In this document: positions 27,220 to 39,394 of the stretch, piece after piece
Layout of the letters: the number at the start of each line of letters is the position of its first letter
Position numbering within the stretch: the first letter of the stretch is position 1
Assembly: GCF_004010195.1 (NCBI RefSeq)
Contig: NC_057713.1
Location: 2,101,614 to 2,165,613 of the forward strand
Reading direction: 5' to 3'
DNA from: Chiloscyllium plagiosum
Taxonomy: Eukaryota
Length of the DNA: 64,000 bases
Made by a program: the position numbers and the translations under genes
The notes under the pieces: generated by a model
Database searches by the model: none
What the model saw: only the letters and a program-made list of their open reading frames with translations
What the model was told of the DNA's origin: nothing

Positions 27220-27775
27220 ATCCTTGGGGTTCCTATTGACTAACAACTGAATTGGACCATTACCGCAGCAAGAGGAGTAGGTAAGAAGCTGGTAGTTATG
27301 CTGACTACCCAGCCTGTCCATTAACAATAAAGCAGAAGTCAGGAATGTGAAAGGATAATTTCCACTTCCTGGATGAGTGCAACTCCAACTTGATACTATC
27401 CAAGACAAAGCAGCCTGCTGGGATTGGTATCCCATTCTATTCACTCTGCATTCTCTCCTTACACCTACACTCCTTCCACCTAGGACATAGTTTGACAAAT
27501 GTGTGTATTTTCTACAAAAAACATTGCAGCCACTCACTAAGGCGCCTTCAGCAGCATCTTTCAAACCTGCAACCTGTAGCATTTCAAAGATGAGGACAGC
27601 AGGTGAGCGGGGATAATACCAAAAGAATATTTCCCTCCAAGCCACACACAATCTTGACTTGGAAACAGACCGTCACTCCTTCACTGTCACAGCCTCGAGA
27701 TCCTGCAACATCAGTGTGCGCATACCTACCACAGGAGTTGTGATCAGTCAAGAAGGCAGCTCCCCAGTGTTCTCC
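27220..27775 (+). mobile_element. Degraded family-B LINE 3' fragment
   Basis: Approximate reverse complement of 21060-21640. Confidence 0.6.
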
Positions 27776-28689
27776 ATGAATATGAAGGATTTTTTTAATT
27801 GAGTTCAATAAGCACCAAACATTGTGATAATATCATGTGGATTTAAGATTAGAGTAAAATAAGACCTTCTGGGTGACAGACCTCCCCATAGTCTTTGTAG
27901 TTAGGGCAAATCTATTCTTATAACTGATAAATGGTTTCAGAGATGCAAAAGAAACTACCTAATTACTTTATAAGCCTCTTCTTGCTAAACTGAAAATTGG
28001 CATGTAAACAGGAAGGAACCGAGGCACTTAGAAATGATGGATGGCAGTACACATTGTGATCATCATCTTCTCTCGGGCATAGTGCAATCAAGGGTTATGG
28101 AGATAAGGCAGGAAGAGGATACTGATTAGGAATGATCAGCCATTGGCGGTGCAGGCTCGAAGGGCTGAATGGCCTACTCCTGCACCTATTGTCTATTGTC
28201 TATTATCTAATTAGGGATGGGGGGGAATGCGGGGGTGAATGCTGGTACAGACAGCAATACCCACATCCCATCAATAAATACATTTTTAAAAATTCATGAG
28301 AATATGGAGATGATTCAAAATTAATTAGTTTTGGTATCAGCGAGTATTAAAGTTGAAATGAGGTACACAGAAGAGTAGGAGAAACAGCTTGAAACAATAT
28401 GGAATTGGGTGACAGCAGATACGGTCCAAAGTAGATTGGAATGGAAGTTAGTGTAGCAATGTTTCCATCACAAATAATCACACAGGAAAATATTCACTGA
28501 GATCTAGCTCCAGAAAAGAGGCCTGGATAATCAAAATTCCTGAATATCAGGGATACAGGAAAGATAGGAGGAAAAATATATCAGCAGTTTAAATAATAGT
28601 GCTTTAAAGATTACAACATAGTGTTTCAGAGGGAGAACCATGAAACAGTGACTAAAGTTCTACCTTCAGCTAATTCTGCCTTCAATGAC

Positions 28690-29632
28690 TTACCAGACTA
28701 ATGCCATTTACAGGTTCGCTGATGCCCCCACCATAGTCAGTCAAATCTCAAGATGGCAATGAAACAGACAACAGACAGGAGATGGAAGACCTGGAAAAAT
28801 GGTGCACTGAGACCAACATAGCTCTCTATGCCAGCAAAATGAAGGAACTCATTATTGACTTCCAACGGGATGTTACTCATGCCCCCCTACACATTAACAG
28901 CACAGAAATGGAATGAGTGGAGAGTGTCAAGCTCCTGGGAGTGGTCATCCACAACAAGCTTTCTTGGACTCTTCATACGGACGCACTGGTTACAAAGGCC
29001 TAACAACATCGCTTCTCCCTCAGGCAGAGAGTGTCAAGCTCCTGGGAGTGGTCATCCACAACAAGCTTTCTTAGACTCTTCATACGGACGCACTGGTTAC
29101 AAAGGCCTAACAACATCGCTTCTCCCTCAGGCAGCTGAAGAAATTTGGCATGACAGTGAATACCCTCGCCAATTTTTATAGGTGTGCCATCAAGAGCATT
29201 CTGTCTGGATGTATCACTACCTGGTATGGCAACTGTACCATTCAAGATTGGAGACGGTTACAGAGAGCGGTGAACTCAGCCCAGACAATCACAAAGGCCA
29301 ACCTCCCATCTATAGAATCCATCTACCAGGTCCACTGTCACGGAAAGGCCGCCAGCATTCTCAAAGATCCATCCCACCCTGGCAATGTTTTTCTATAACC
29401 TCTACCGTCGGGGAGAAGGTACAGAAGCCAGAACACACGCACCAGCCAGTTTCATAACAGTTTCTACCCTCCTGCTGTTAGAATACTGAATGGACTCTCA
29501 AACTCTTAATATTCGCCTGTCCCTGTGTTTTTGTTTTTGCTGCTGTTTACCTATTATTTACTATCTATGCGACTTAACTCTGTGACCTGCCTGTATTGCT
29601 CGCAAGACAAAGCTTTTCACTGTGCCTCAGTT
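28690..29632 (+). mobile_element. Rex1/Babar-clade LINE 3' fragment
   Basis: FAD, SKMKELIIDF, LANFYRCAIKSILSGCITTWYGNC and LPSGRRYRS motifs typical of Rex1-type RT C-termini. Confidence 0.8.
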
Positions 29633-30199
29633 CAATTCATTTCAATGTGCATTGCAACTGACAGGATCCACAGTAAACTGGGCCCATCTGTCCATGGCCA
29701 ACAGTGACAAGATTAGTTGAAAGTCTTCAAGAGAAGAAATCAATGTGAACAAACATATAGGAGACAACAGCTCTCCTGCCAGGAGGTAGAGCTGTCGATA
29801 AATAATGTGCTCAGGCACAACAGAAAAACACCAAGCTTGGTTATAAAAGTAAAAAGGAACAGAAGTAGGTTAATCTTTACAAACTTTGGCAAATGGAAAA
29901 GCAATAAAGAAACAGGAAAATTTTCAAATGGGAGTTTGAGGCACATCAAAGTCAAGGCAAATAAATACAAAGAGATTAGGGGAAAATGTGATCAGGATCA
30001 ATGTGGATTCCCCAAAATTGGTAATGTTGATATTATCAGTAAAAATCAGAAAGTGGTAGAGATGCTGTATGTTGCCAGTACACTGAGAGGAAGGAGTCAC
30101 TGGCTGGGCATAACAAGCAAACAAATATTGAGACAAGGAGTTACCAAGATGAATGTATCAAAATAACAAAATAAGGCAATGAAGGGAAAGAGAGACAAA

Positions 30200-30575
30200 C
30201 TTCCGACAGTGCGGCACTCCCTCAGCACTGACCCTCCGACAGTACGGCGCTCCCTCAGCACTGACCCTCTGACAGTGCGGCGCTCCCTCAGAACTGACCC
30301 TCCGACAGTGCGGCGCTCCCTCAGCACAGACCCTCTGACAGTGCGGCGCTCCCTCAGNNNNNNNNNNNNNNNNNNNNNNNNNNNNNNNNNNNNNNNNNNN
30401 NNNNNNNNNNNNNNNNNNNNNCACTGACCCTGCGACAGTGCGGCGCTCCCTCAGCATTGACCCTGCGACAGTGCGGCACTCCCTCAGCACTGACCCTGCG
30501 ATAGTGCGGCGCTCCCTCAGCACTGACCTTCCGATAGTGCGGCGCTCCCTCAGCACTGACCCTCCGACAGTGCAT
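30200..30575. repeat. 33-bp minisatellite (cactgaccctccgacagtgcggcactccctcag)n upstream of gene B, containing an N gap
   Basis: Direct tandem units; the true length is unknown because of the gap at 30358-30421. Confidence 0.95.
30358..30421. other. Assembly gap inside the minisatellite
   Basis: Run of N. Confidence 1.
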
Positions 30576-30764
30576 CATTCTCACAGAACGGACCATCTGC
30601 CAATGTGGCACACGCACAGTTACGACCCTTTAACAATGCAGCACACCCTCTCTGCTATGCTACTGGCTATATATATATAATGTATAATGTACCAAAGCCC
30701 TGGTCGAAAAGGTGAAGGTGGAAGCTCCTGACAGGCAGCCTGAACTGGACCAATTCCTCCCCTT

Positions 30765-30891
30765 GCAGCTCATTGGCTGGCTGCTGAATGATGAGACTGG
30801 GAGGAGCTCAGTACTAATAAAGACAACAGGCAGGCAGAGTAACAGTCTCATTTCCTCGTTGTAGAGGCAGAGGTAGCATTTTGTGTGAGAG
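30765..30891 (+). promoter_or_regulatory. Putative promoter and non-coding exon 1 of actin gene B
   Basis: ATTGG at 30772, TAATAAAG at 30815, Inr-like TCATTTC near 30850, donor GAG|gtaggt at 30891/30892, acceptors at 31164 or 31177. Confidence 0.55.
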
Positions 30892-31187
30892 GTAGGTGCT
30901 GCTTGGAAAATAAGGTGTGGCAGGAGTGAAGGCTTGTCATTGCTCAGAGGGTGTCAGTTTTGAATGCTGGGACATTGGTTGGATGGGGGTCTGTAGTTTG
31001 TGTTGGGGTTTGTCCTTTTGGTAAAAAAAAAGGAAGTTCCAGAAGTTGTAGTGAGGTCTGTTTCAAGTTAGTGAGCCATGTCTCTTCCTGTATTGTGTTA
31101 GTGCTTTTTTTAAATTCCTCTGTCTTGTGTCTGCGTCAATGGACATCTTTTTTGTCTCTTTCAGTCACCTCCTGCAGATTCTAAACC

Positions 31188-31313
31188 ATGGCCGATGATG
31201 ATGTTGCCGCTCTGGTGGTGGACAATGGGTCTGGAATGTGTAAGGCCGGCTTTGCAGGTGATGATGCTCCCAGGGGCTGTGTTTCCTCCATTGTGGGACG
31301 CCCCCGTCACCAG
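31188..31313 (+). CDS. Actin gene B, coding exon 1 ([16 protein letters not shown]...; AVFP reads GCVS because of a compensated +1/-1 indel)
   Basis: aaaccATGgcc at 31188, 126 nt, donor CAG|gtgag at 31313/31314; too short to appear in the ORF track. Confidence 0.92.
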
Positions 31314-34221
31314 GTGAGCTCTCTGTGGATGGTCTTTCAATGTCCCTATCCTTTATGACTGGGTTTTTCTTTCCCCTTTGGGTGTGGAGACTTGTTTCTT
31401 GTAACTGTAAACTTGTTACGGCTTCCTCTTTTACACTGGTTTGTGGTCTGCATTCTCTTTCCTTTAGAGACTGGGGTTTGACTTTATCCCTGGCTGGCTA
31501 CTGCTCTTGCAGTTTGGGTGTGGTCATTAGTGTGGGGTTGTTCCTGTTTGGGGTTCTATCTGACCCCTTTACTGAGTTGTTCCTGTTGAATCATGATAGT
31601 CTTATCTGGCGTCAGTGGGGAAACTGTCAATGCTGAAAGTTAGATTCTGCACTTTACATAAAAGGGAATCCTTTTGAGGTCACTTTTTCATTCTTCCATA
31701 AAATGAGGCTGAAATATATACACATGGGTGACATTTTGAAGTGCAATTTGATTTGGATATGGTGGTAATAGTAACTGCTGAAGGATAATTTAAATATCTC
31801 TCCCAGCTGGTGTTGCAGGGGTATTAGAAGTGGGACTGATGGCTTTGCTGTTGGAATGAGTCAGTACAGAGTTTCTCACTCCTTGTGCAGTAACATGCTC
31901 CATTTTTTGTAAAACCAGCTTTAAGCTGAGGGAACTGAAACCTGAGCCTTTAATTGTGGCCAGGACAGGGTTAAGCCAGGTGTGGGATGATCTAGCTTAT
32001 ACCTAGGCATTCCTTTCCCAGTCTCTCCTCCTGGAGTAGTGTTTCAAGCAATGTTTGCTCCTCCCTTAGGATTCTTCATTCTGTATAGTTTTAATATCCC
32101 TGGTGTGCTTTAACCTGGTCAGTAAATGGTTCGATGTGCCTGAGAAGCAGTGAGAGGAAGTTACTCAGTTCCTTGAACCACTTCTCTGATTCAAATTAGG
32201 TTGTGGTTTTTGGTTATCTGAAACCTTGCTTTATATGGGTTGATATCCTTGTGTACTGATGTTGATTGGCCTGTTTGAAATTGCTAAGTACTTCCTCCGT
32301 TACCACTTGTATCAACTCTTTATTTGGTTTTGTGTTGAGTTTCTCCTGTGTTCTGAAGAATTGCTTCTTGGTACCCTCTGGTCTGGCTCTGTATTTAACA
32401 TTATTGTTCCCTTTTTTTGGGGGGGGTGGGGGGCTTCTCTATCTGGTACTGCCACCCCTTCCCACAGTGAGAAAACAAAGTAAGTTGTATCCAGGACCAC
32501 CTTATCCCAGCATCTTTCTGGTGTATCTGTGCTTCATCCCCACTGGAGACCCCTCAAATCTTCTGCTGTTACTTAAATTCCAGATTAGATTTTTCAAAAG
32601 AAAAGCAGTGAATTATGTAAATTGTTGCTAAGTATTGATATCCAGTGTATCCAACCCAAAATATTATTGCTGTAGATAGTGGATCTGGAAAGGCAGATAC
32701 TGTAACCTAACTCTACAGCAGCTGCAGTTTTCTCTATCTCCAAGTTAGAGTTGCTAGTCAGTCATAGGCTTTACTGTTGAATTCAGTTGGTTTGAGAGCC
32801 CAATAGCTTTCCAGATACACCAATGTAGTCAACATTAAAGAATAAAGTTGACATAATCCCAGAGGACTGCTCCCTTAGAGAAAGATGACTGGTGGTTTAA
32901 CCTGAGGGTCATGATGCCTCTGAGGGGGGAGGTTGAGAAAGAGTCCTTCATAAAGCACAGCAGAGAAACATGTTGGTAGTGCTCTGTATGAAAACTGCTA
33001 ACTGAGCTAACAACCCCACCACTATCGAAGTGGTGAGTTTGATGAAAAGGAATGCTGTCGTGGATTGAATATGTTTGAGAATCCCAAAACATCATGAGAC
33101 TAAGTGGAGTGTTTTGTTTTCTTGATTTAAGTAAAGCCAGAAGAAGCAGACATTTGTGAACATTCCCATTGACACAAATAACGAAAGATGACTGGTGTTT
33201 GCTAACAAAATTCCTCTGGGTCCAGGATTTCAAGGCAATGACCGGCTGTGTTAGCATGCTTTTTGTCCTGTTCCTGCTTCAGGGTACCAACCAAGCTGTT
33301 TGCAAGCTGGAGGAGTAATACCTCGTCCCTCTACAGACTGATTCCATACAGTTGTACAAAACATGACCTCTGTTCTCCAGTCTTATTCATCCCTCTCCCT
33401 CTACCTTTTTTGATTGAGTTCTGCACAGAGGACCCATACCTATTGTAGATCACTCTCACTCCATTAGCATGCCTGTCTCTTTTTTTTTTGTTTTATTCTG
33501 GGTGCCATCAAATATGTTTCTTCTCCTCTTTATTACCATCCCCCCCACCCTGGTCATCAACATTTTTTTAAAAAAACAAAGCATCATTCCAGCTGCCTCC
33601 ATTTCTGCTGAGTCATGTCCATCTTGTTCCTCTTGCACAGAGGCTGCCAGACCTTGAGTTTTTCCAACATTGCTCTCCAGACTTGGGGGGGGGGGGGGGG
33701 AGGAACACAAGGGGAGAATGATGCAGTTGGGTTTAGATTTTCTCCAAACAACTTGGTTTGGATAATGCTGTATGGCCATAACTGATGCAGATCCAACAGG
33801 AGCACTCTAAAAAGGAATTGCCCATACTGAAATGGAAAATTTCCCACTAGGTGTGGGAGAAACTCTCTTTCAAGGAATTGATATTCTCCTTGTGCACTGA
33901 GAATCTACTGGACCTTTAAAGCAAGGTTAGAGAAACAGACCAGTGCTGTGATCTTTAAAGTGCTGGGTAGGGGATGATTGGGTGAAATTTGGCAATAATG
34001 CATAAAGAGCATGGAAGGTTTTAATAACAGGAGCAGTGAAAATTCAGTGTGACATGGCTCTTCCAGTGAAAGAAGGAGAGACTCTATACCACTCCCAGTC
34101 AACAACATAAACTTTTGTGGAAGTGATTCTGTTTGACTAATCTCCGCTCTGGAGCTGGGTTGGGGAAATATTGTGGATGAAGCTCATTGATATATGTTCA
34201 CTGTGACTCAAATTTGTTCCA

Positions 34222-35190
34222 GGAGAAAGTGAGGACAGCAGATGCTTGAGATCAGTGTGGTGCTGGGAAAGCACAGCAGGGACAGGCAGCATCAGAGGCA
34301 GGAGACTCTTATTTCAGCATAAGCCCTTCACCAGGATTATTTTGGGGGGGGGGAGGAGGCTATGGGGCTGAGATAATAGCAGTGGGGAAGGTAGCTTAGA
34401 AGATGGGTTGATTGCAGGTGTGGGGTGATAAGGTGGAGCAGATAGGTGGGAGAAGTTCAAGAGGGTGGTACCAATTCAGAGGGTTGGATCTGGGATAAAG
34501 TAGGGGAGGAGAGATGGGGAAACTGGTGAAATGTTAATGCAATGTGGCTGGAGGGTCCCACGACAGACTAGTGTTCTTCCTTCAGGCATTGGGTAGCTAG
34601 GATTTGACGGTGGAGGTGACCCAGGACTTGCATGTCTTTGGGAGTTAAGTGGTTGGCAGTCGGGTTGTTGGGTGCATGTGTTCTGGAGATGTTGTTTCAA
34701 ATGCTCTGCATCTGAGATGCACCAAACCCTCACTGCCCTGTGGCTAAACACTTCAACTCCCTGTGCTCCCCCTCCATTACACATTATCCAAGTCCAAAGC
34801 CGTCTCCACTGACAAATCCTTGCTACCCAATGCCTGGAGGAAGAACACCTCATCGTCTGCCTTGGGACCCTCCAACTACATTGCATCAATATCCCTCTCA
34901 ACAGCTTCCTCATCTGTTTTCCTGCCCCCCCCCCCCCCGCAACCTTATCCCAGATCCAACCCTCCAACTCAGCACTACCCTCGTGAACTTCTCCTACCTG
35001 TCCACTCCACCCTGACTGACTTATCACCATTGCTCCCCACCTGCATTGACTTGTTTCCTTCCAAGCTACCATCCTCCCCACCCCCCTCCCCCCACCCCCT
35101 CCAGTAGTTGGGGGAGGGATGGTGGTGCTGGGGGTACATGCCTGATAAATGGCTTATGCCCAAAATGCTGCCTAATGTCTCTTTCCACTC
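34222..35190. mobile_element. Penelope-like element remnant with inverted arms and GIY-YIG C-terminal fragments, in the gene B intron
   Basis: Family-1 terminus at 34222-34335; VAKHFNS and LEEEHLIVCLGTLQ...INI at 34740-34892, with an inverted copy at 34530-34660. Confidence 0.7.
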
Positions 35191-35919
35191 CACAAATATT
35201 GTTCCAGTCCCATTGACTTTTTTGTCTGTTATTCTAATGTGAGCATTAGGTTATTGTAGCAATCTTCCCAACCTGTTGGATAGGGTGGATGTTTTTTTTT
35301 GTTTTTGAGACCCTTACAGCAACTGAGATTCACATTAATGCTGCTTGTAGACTCAGTTCACAACATATGATTGACCCATTTGAACTATATGTCCAAGTTC
35401 ATTTTTAAAATTGACTTTAACCCAGTCCCCCTGGCGAAGATATAGGGACACTATTCCTGAGTCCCTGCTTCATGCATTAGCATTGAATCAACTCCATTTT
35501 GTCACCAGAGTTTGAATGTCCAATGTAAACTATTATCTAGAGCTTGTATATACTCCACTCTTGCTGACATCACTATCTCTATTGCTGAACCTTTCATTAA
35601 AGGGATGGAGTAAAGATCATGAGGATGTAATTGTGGAAAGGAGACGAATGTAAGTTTCTGATATCAAAATCCTAAAATGCCTATAGTGAAATGTAGCCTT
35701 TGGACTGTAAAACTCATTCTATATACCCTACATGAAGTGATCAACAACTTGAAAGCATGCCCTGATCAGTTATAGGTCTGTGAGCAGGCTGAACTGTTAG
35801 CACTGAAGAACACATAATTATGCTGCTGTATTCCTCAACAGGGGGTTCCCGACTGGCTTGTAATTCGACCTTGATTGAGTTCATTGTGAACTCATCCTGT
35901 GTTTGTTTTCTTGTTCTAG

Positions 35920-36924
<1,005 letters not shown>

Positions 36925-37272
36925 CTTCTAGGGTGTCTGTCACTGTCTTTTTGAAAGCAACCAAGCCCTGGACAATCAGTTTTTTCACAACTCTGCCTTT
37001 GCCCATCCTGATATAATGCATTCTGCCCAGTTCCTTCTGCTTCCTCTTCCATTCCTCTGCACTTGTGCAGATTCTGCTTTAGACCACTTTATAGATGGGT
37101 AATGGACACAGTGCTAATGTGAGCTGTGAAATGGGTCCAATTGCCAGTGAAGATTGACATTTTTCTAAAGCAGCTTCACTTTGCCTGCCTGATCATGTAC
37201 TTGAAGGATATCTCCATGTGAAGCTGAAGGTTTGCTTTGAATTTGTTTCATTGTAACAAGTAAACATTCTGA

Positions 37273-37278
37273 AATAAA
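37273..37278 (+). terminator. Polyadenylation signal of gene B
   Basis: AATAAA about 350 nt after the stop, followed by GT/T-rich sequence; same position as in gene A. Confidence 0.65.
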
Positions 37279-38204
37279 TGATTGTTCAGATTTCCTTTTG
37301 GCTGATGTTTAGTTGTCATGTGTCATAGTTTCTAAAGTATAGAGACCTGAATGTGGCAACTTCCATTAAACCCTTTAAGGATATTGTAAGTCACCACTTT
37401 AAATGTCAATTTAAACATATAAATCACTAAAAATGAATTTTGGAGGGACTTGTGTGAGGGAAGTGAAGTCAGTAATTATGCTGGCTGACAGCTAATTTAG
37501 GCATCCTTCTAGTTTTGGGTGAAAGGTTGTGGGTTCACATCCAGGATTTGAACACTGATTTGTCCTCATACTCTGCTGTAGGGTTGGATGTAGTTTTCAG
37601 GATGTGATTAAGCTGACATGATTTAAGAGCATGCAGATTATCCTTTGAGTCACTTGCTACGTAGCAGGAGGCCACTTGAAACATGTCCGGTCTCGAGCCA
37701 TCCAGCTGTCCCATTTTACAAGTCCTTGGTCTGTTTTCATCTGTGAATTTTCTAAACTCTGATTTGTCTCTGTTTCCATCAATGTTTTGTTTTTGGGGGG
37801 GTGGGGGGGTGGTGGTGAAGAGAGTTGGGTAGAGAATTCAGTCATTACCACTCCCTGCATTTTATCTTCAAATGTTCCCATTTCACTACAGCTTTTGTCC
37901 AAAACTTAAATTTGTTTCCCCACTCATTGCACTGAGGTAATAGGAAACCTTTTTTCTACCTTACCTGAAGAAATTTTATCTTGGATTATTAAAAAGATTA
38001 CTGAGCCATTCTTGCACTTGATGTTTAAATGAGTTTGACACATTTTCCACCTGAGTTGCCTTCAAGTGTACATAATTGAGGGATGGGCACTCTGGGATGC
38101 CTGCCTGTGAAAGGTACTATATAAATTAAGTTTTCCTTTGTTCCTGCTCCTATTTCCTGTACTTCAACAGATTGTCGATACTTTGGGACATTAACAGAAA
38201 TTGT

Positions 38205-38485
38205 GGGCAGCATGGTGGCACAGTGGTTAGCACTGCTGTCTCTCAGTGGCAGAGACCTGGGTTCAATTCCCACCTCAGGTGACTGTGTAAACTCCACAGT
38301 CAGTCTGCCCATGCCTGCATGGGTTTCCTCCCACAGTCCAAAGATGTGCAAGTCTGGTGAATTGGCCATGCTAAATTTCCCGTAGTGCTAAGTGAAGGGG
38401 TAAATGTAGGGGTCTGGGTGGGTTGCGCTTCAGGTTGGTGTGGACTTGTTGGGCTGAAGGGCCTTTTTCCACACTGTGTAATCTA
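38205..38485 (+). mobile_element. HE1/V-SINE
   Basis: tRNA-like head, V-domain and CR1-like tail. Confidence 0.8.
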
Positions 38486-39129
38486 AACTGACTTCAGTGT
38501 AATTACTGCTTCTTTACATCAGCCACAACTGCAAGTGAATCACGAGAGTTTCATAACACAATACTAATCAAGTAATTTCTTCAGTTATCATCTCTGCACC
38601 CATAACACTGGGAAGAAGGTGGGAGGAAATGTAAAGTGGGGCCTCCAGCTTGACACTCGTGTATTCCAATTGCCATGGCTCTAGAAAAGCCTTGACCTTA
38701 CTGCAACTATTCACAGGTTCTACTTCTCTTTTGTAGAGATTGCTTTTTCTCACAACACTCAACACTTAGTTGAGTACATAGGTCTGGAATAAGCAACATA
38801 TGTGGAGGGGGCTAGCAGTACAGTGATCATTCCTTTTTCAGGGTAATTAGGGATGGGCAATGAATATCTACAGATCCACTCCTGTAATTAAAGTACATTC
38901 ATCAAAATTGATGAGAATGGTGTGGGAGGGTTTAGTACATGCTGATACCAAACTGAGTTAGTTTTAGGGTTGAAATAAAGTGCACAGAAGGACATGGTGA
39001 GACAATATGGAGTTGGATGACTGGAAAAAGAGGGGATCCACAGTAGACTGGAATAGCGGTGAGTGACAATATTTCCAGCATTAAAACTCTGGTGCTCCCT
39101 CGGCACAGAGTCTCTGACAGAGTTGAAGC

Positions 39130-39385
39130 AGTTCACTGAGTCCACACTAACCCACTGAACAGCATCTCACCCCTACCATCTCCTTGTAACCCTGCGTATT
39201 CAATGGCCAATCGACCTAACTTGCACATCTTTGGATTGTGGTAGGAAACCAGAGCACCTGGAAGAAACCCACGCAGATATGGAGAGAATGTGAAAACTCT
39301 ACACAGACAGTCACCCAAAGCTGGAATAAAACTGGGGTCCCTGATACTGTGAAGCAGCAGCGTTAATCACTTTGCCACTGTACTC
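39130..39385 (-). mobile_element. HE1/V-SINE, degraded
   Basis: V-domain and head on the minus strand. Confidence 0.75.
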
Positions 39386-39394
39386 CCCCTCAAC

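Noticed and set aside
29717-30166. 149-aa lysine-rich ORF
   Set aside because: No recognisable domain and a non-ATG start in A-rich sequence; most likely a decayed repeat or a chance ORF.
30200-30575. V(D)J recombination signal sequences (gacagtg resembles the CACAGTG heptamer)
   Set aside because: The invariant CAC is missing, there is no nonamer at 12 or 23 nt spacing and no Ig or TCR segments are present.
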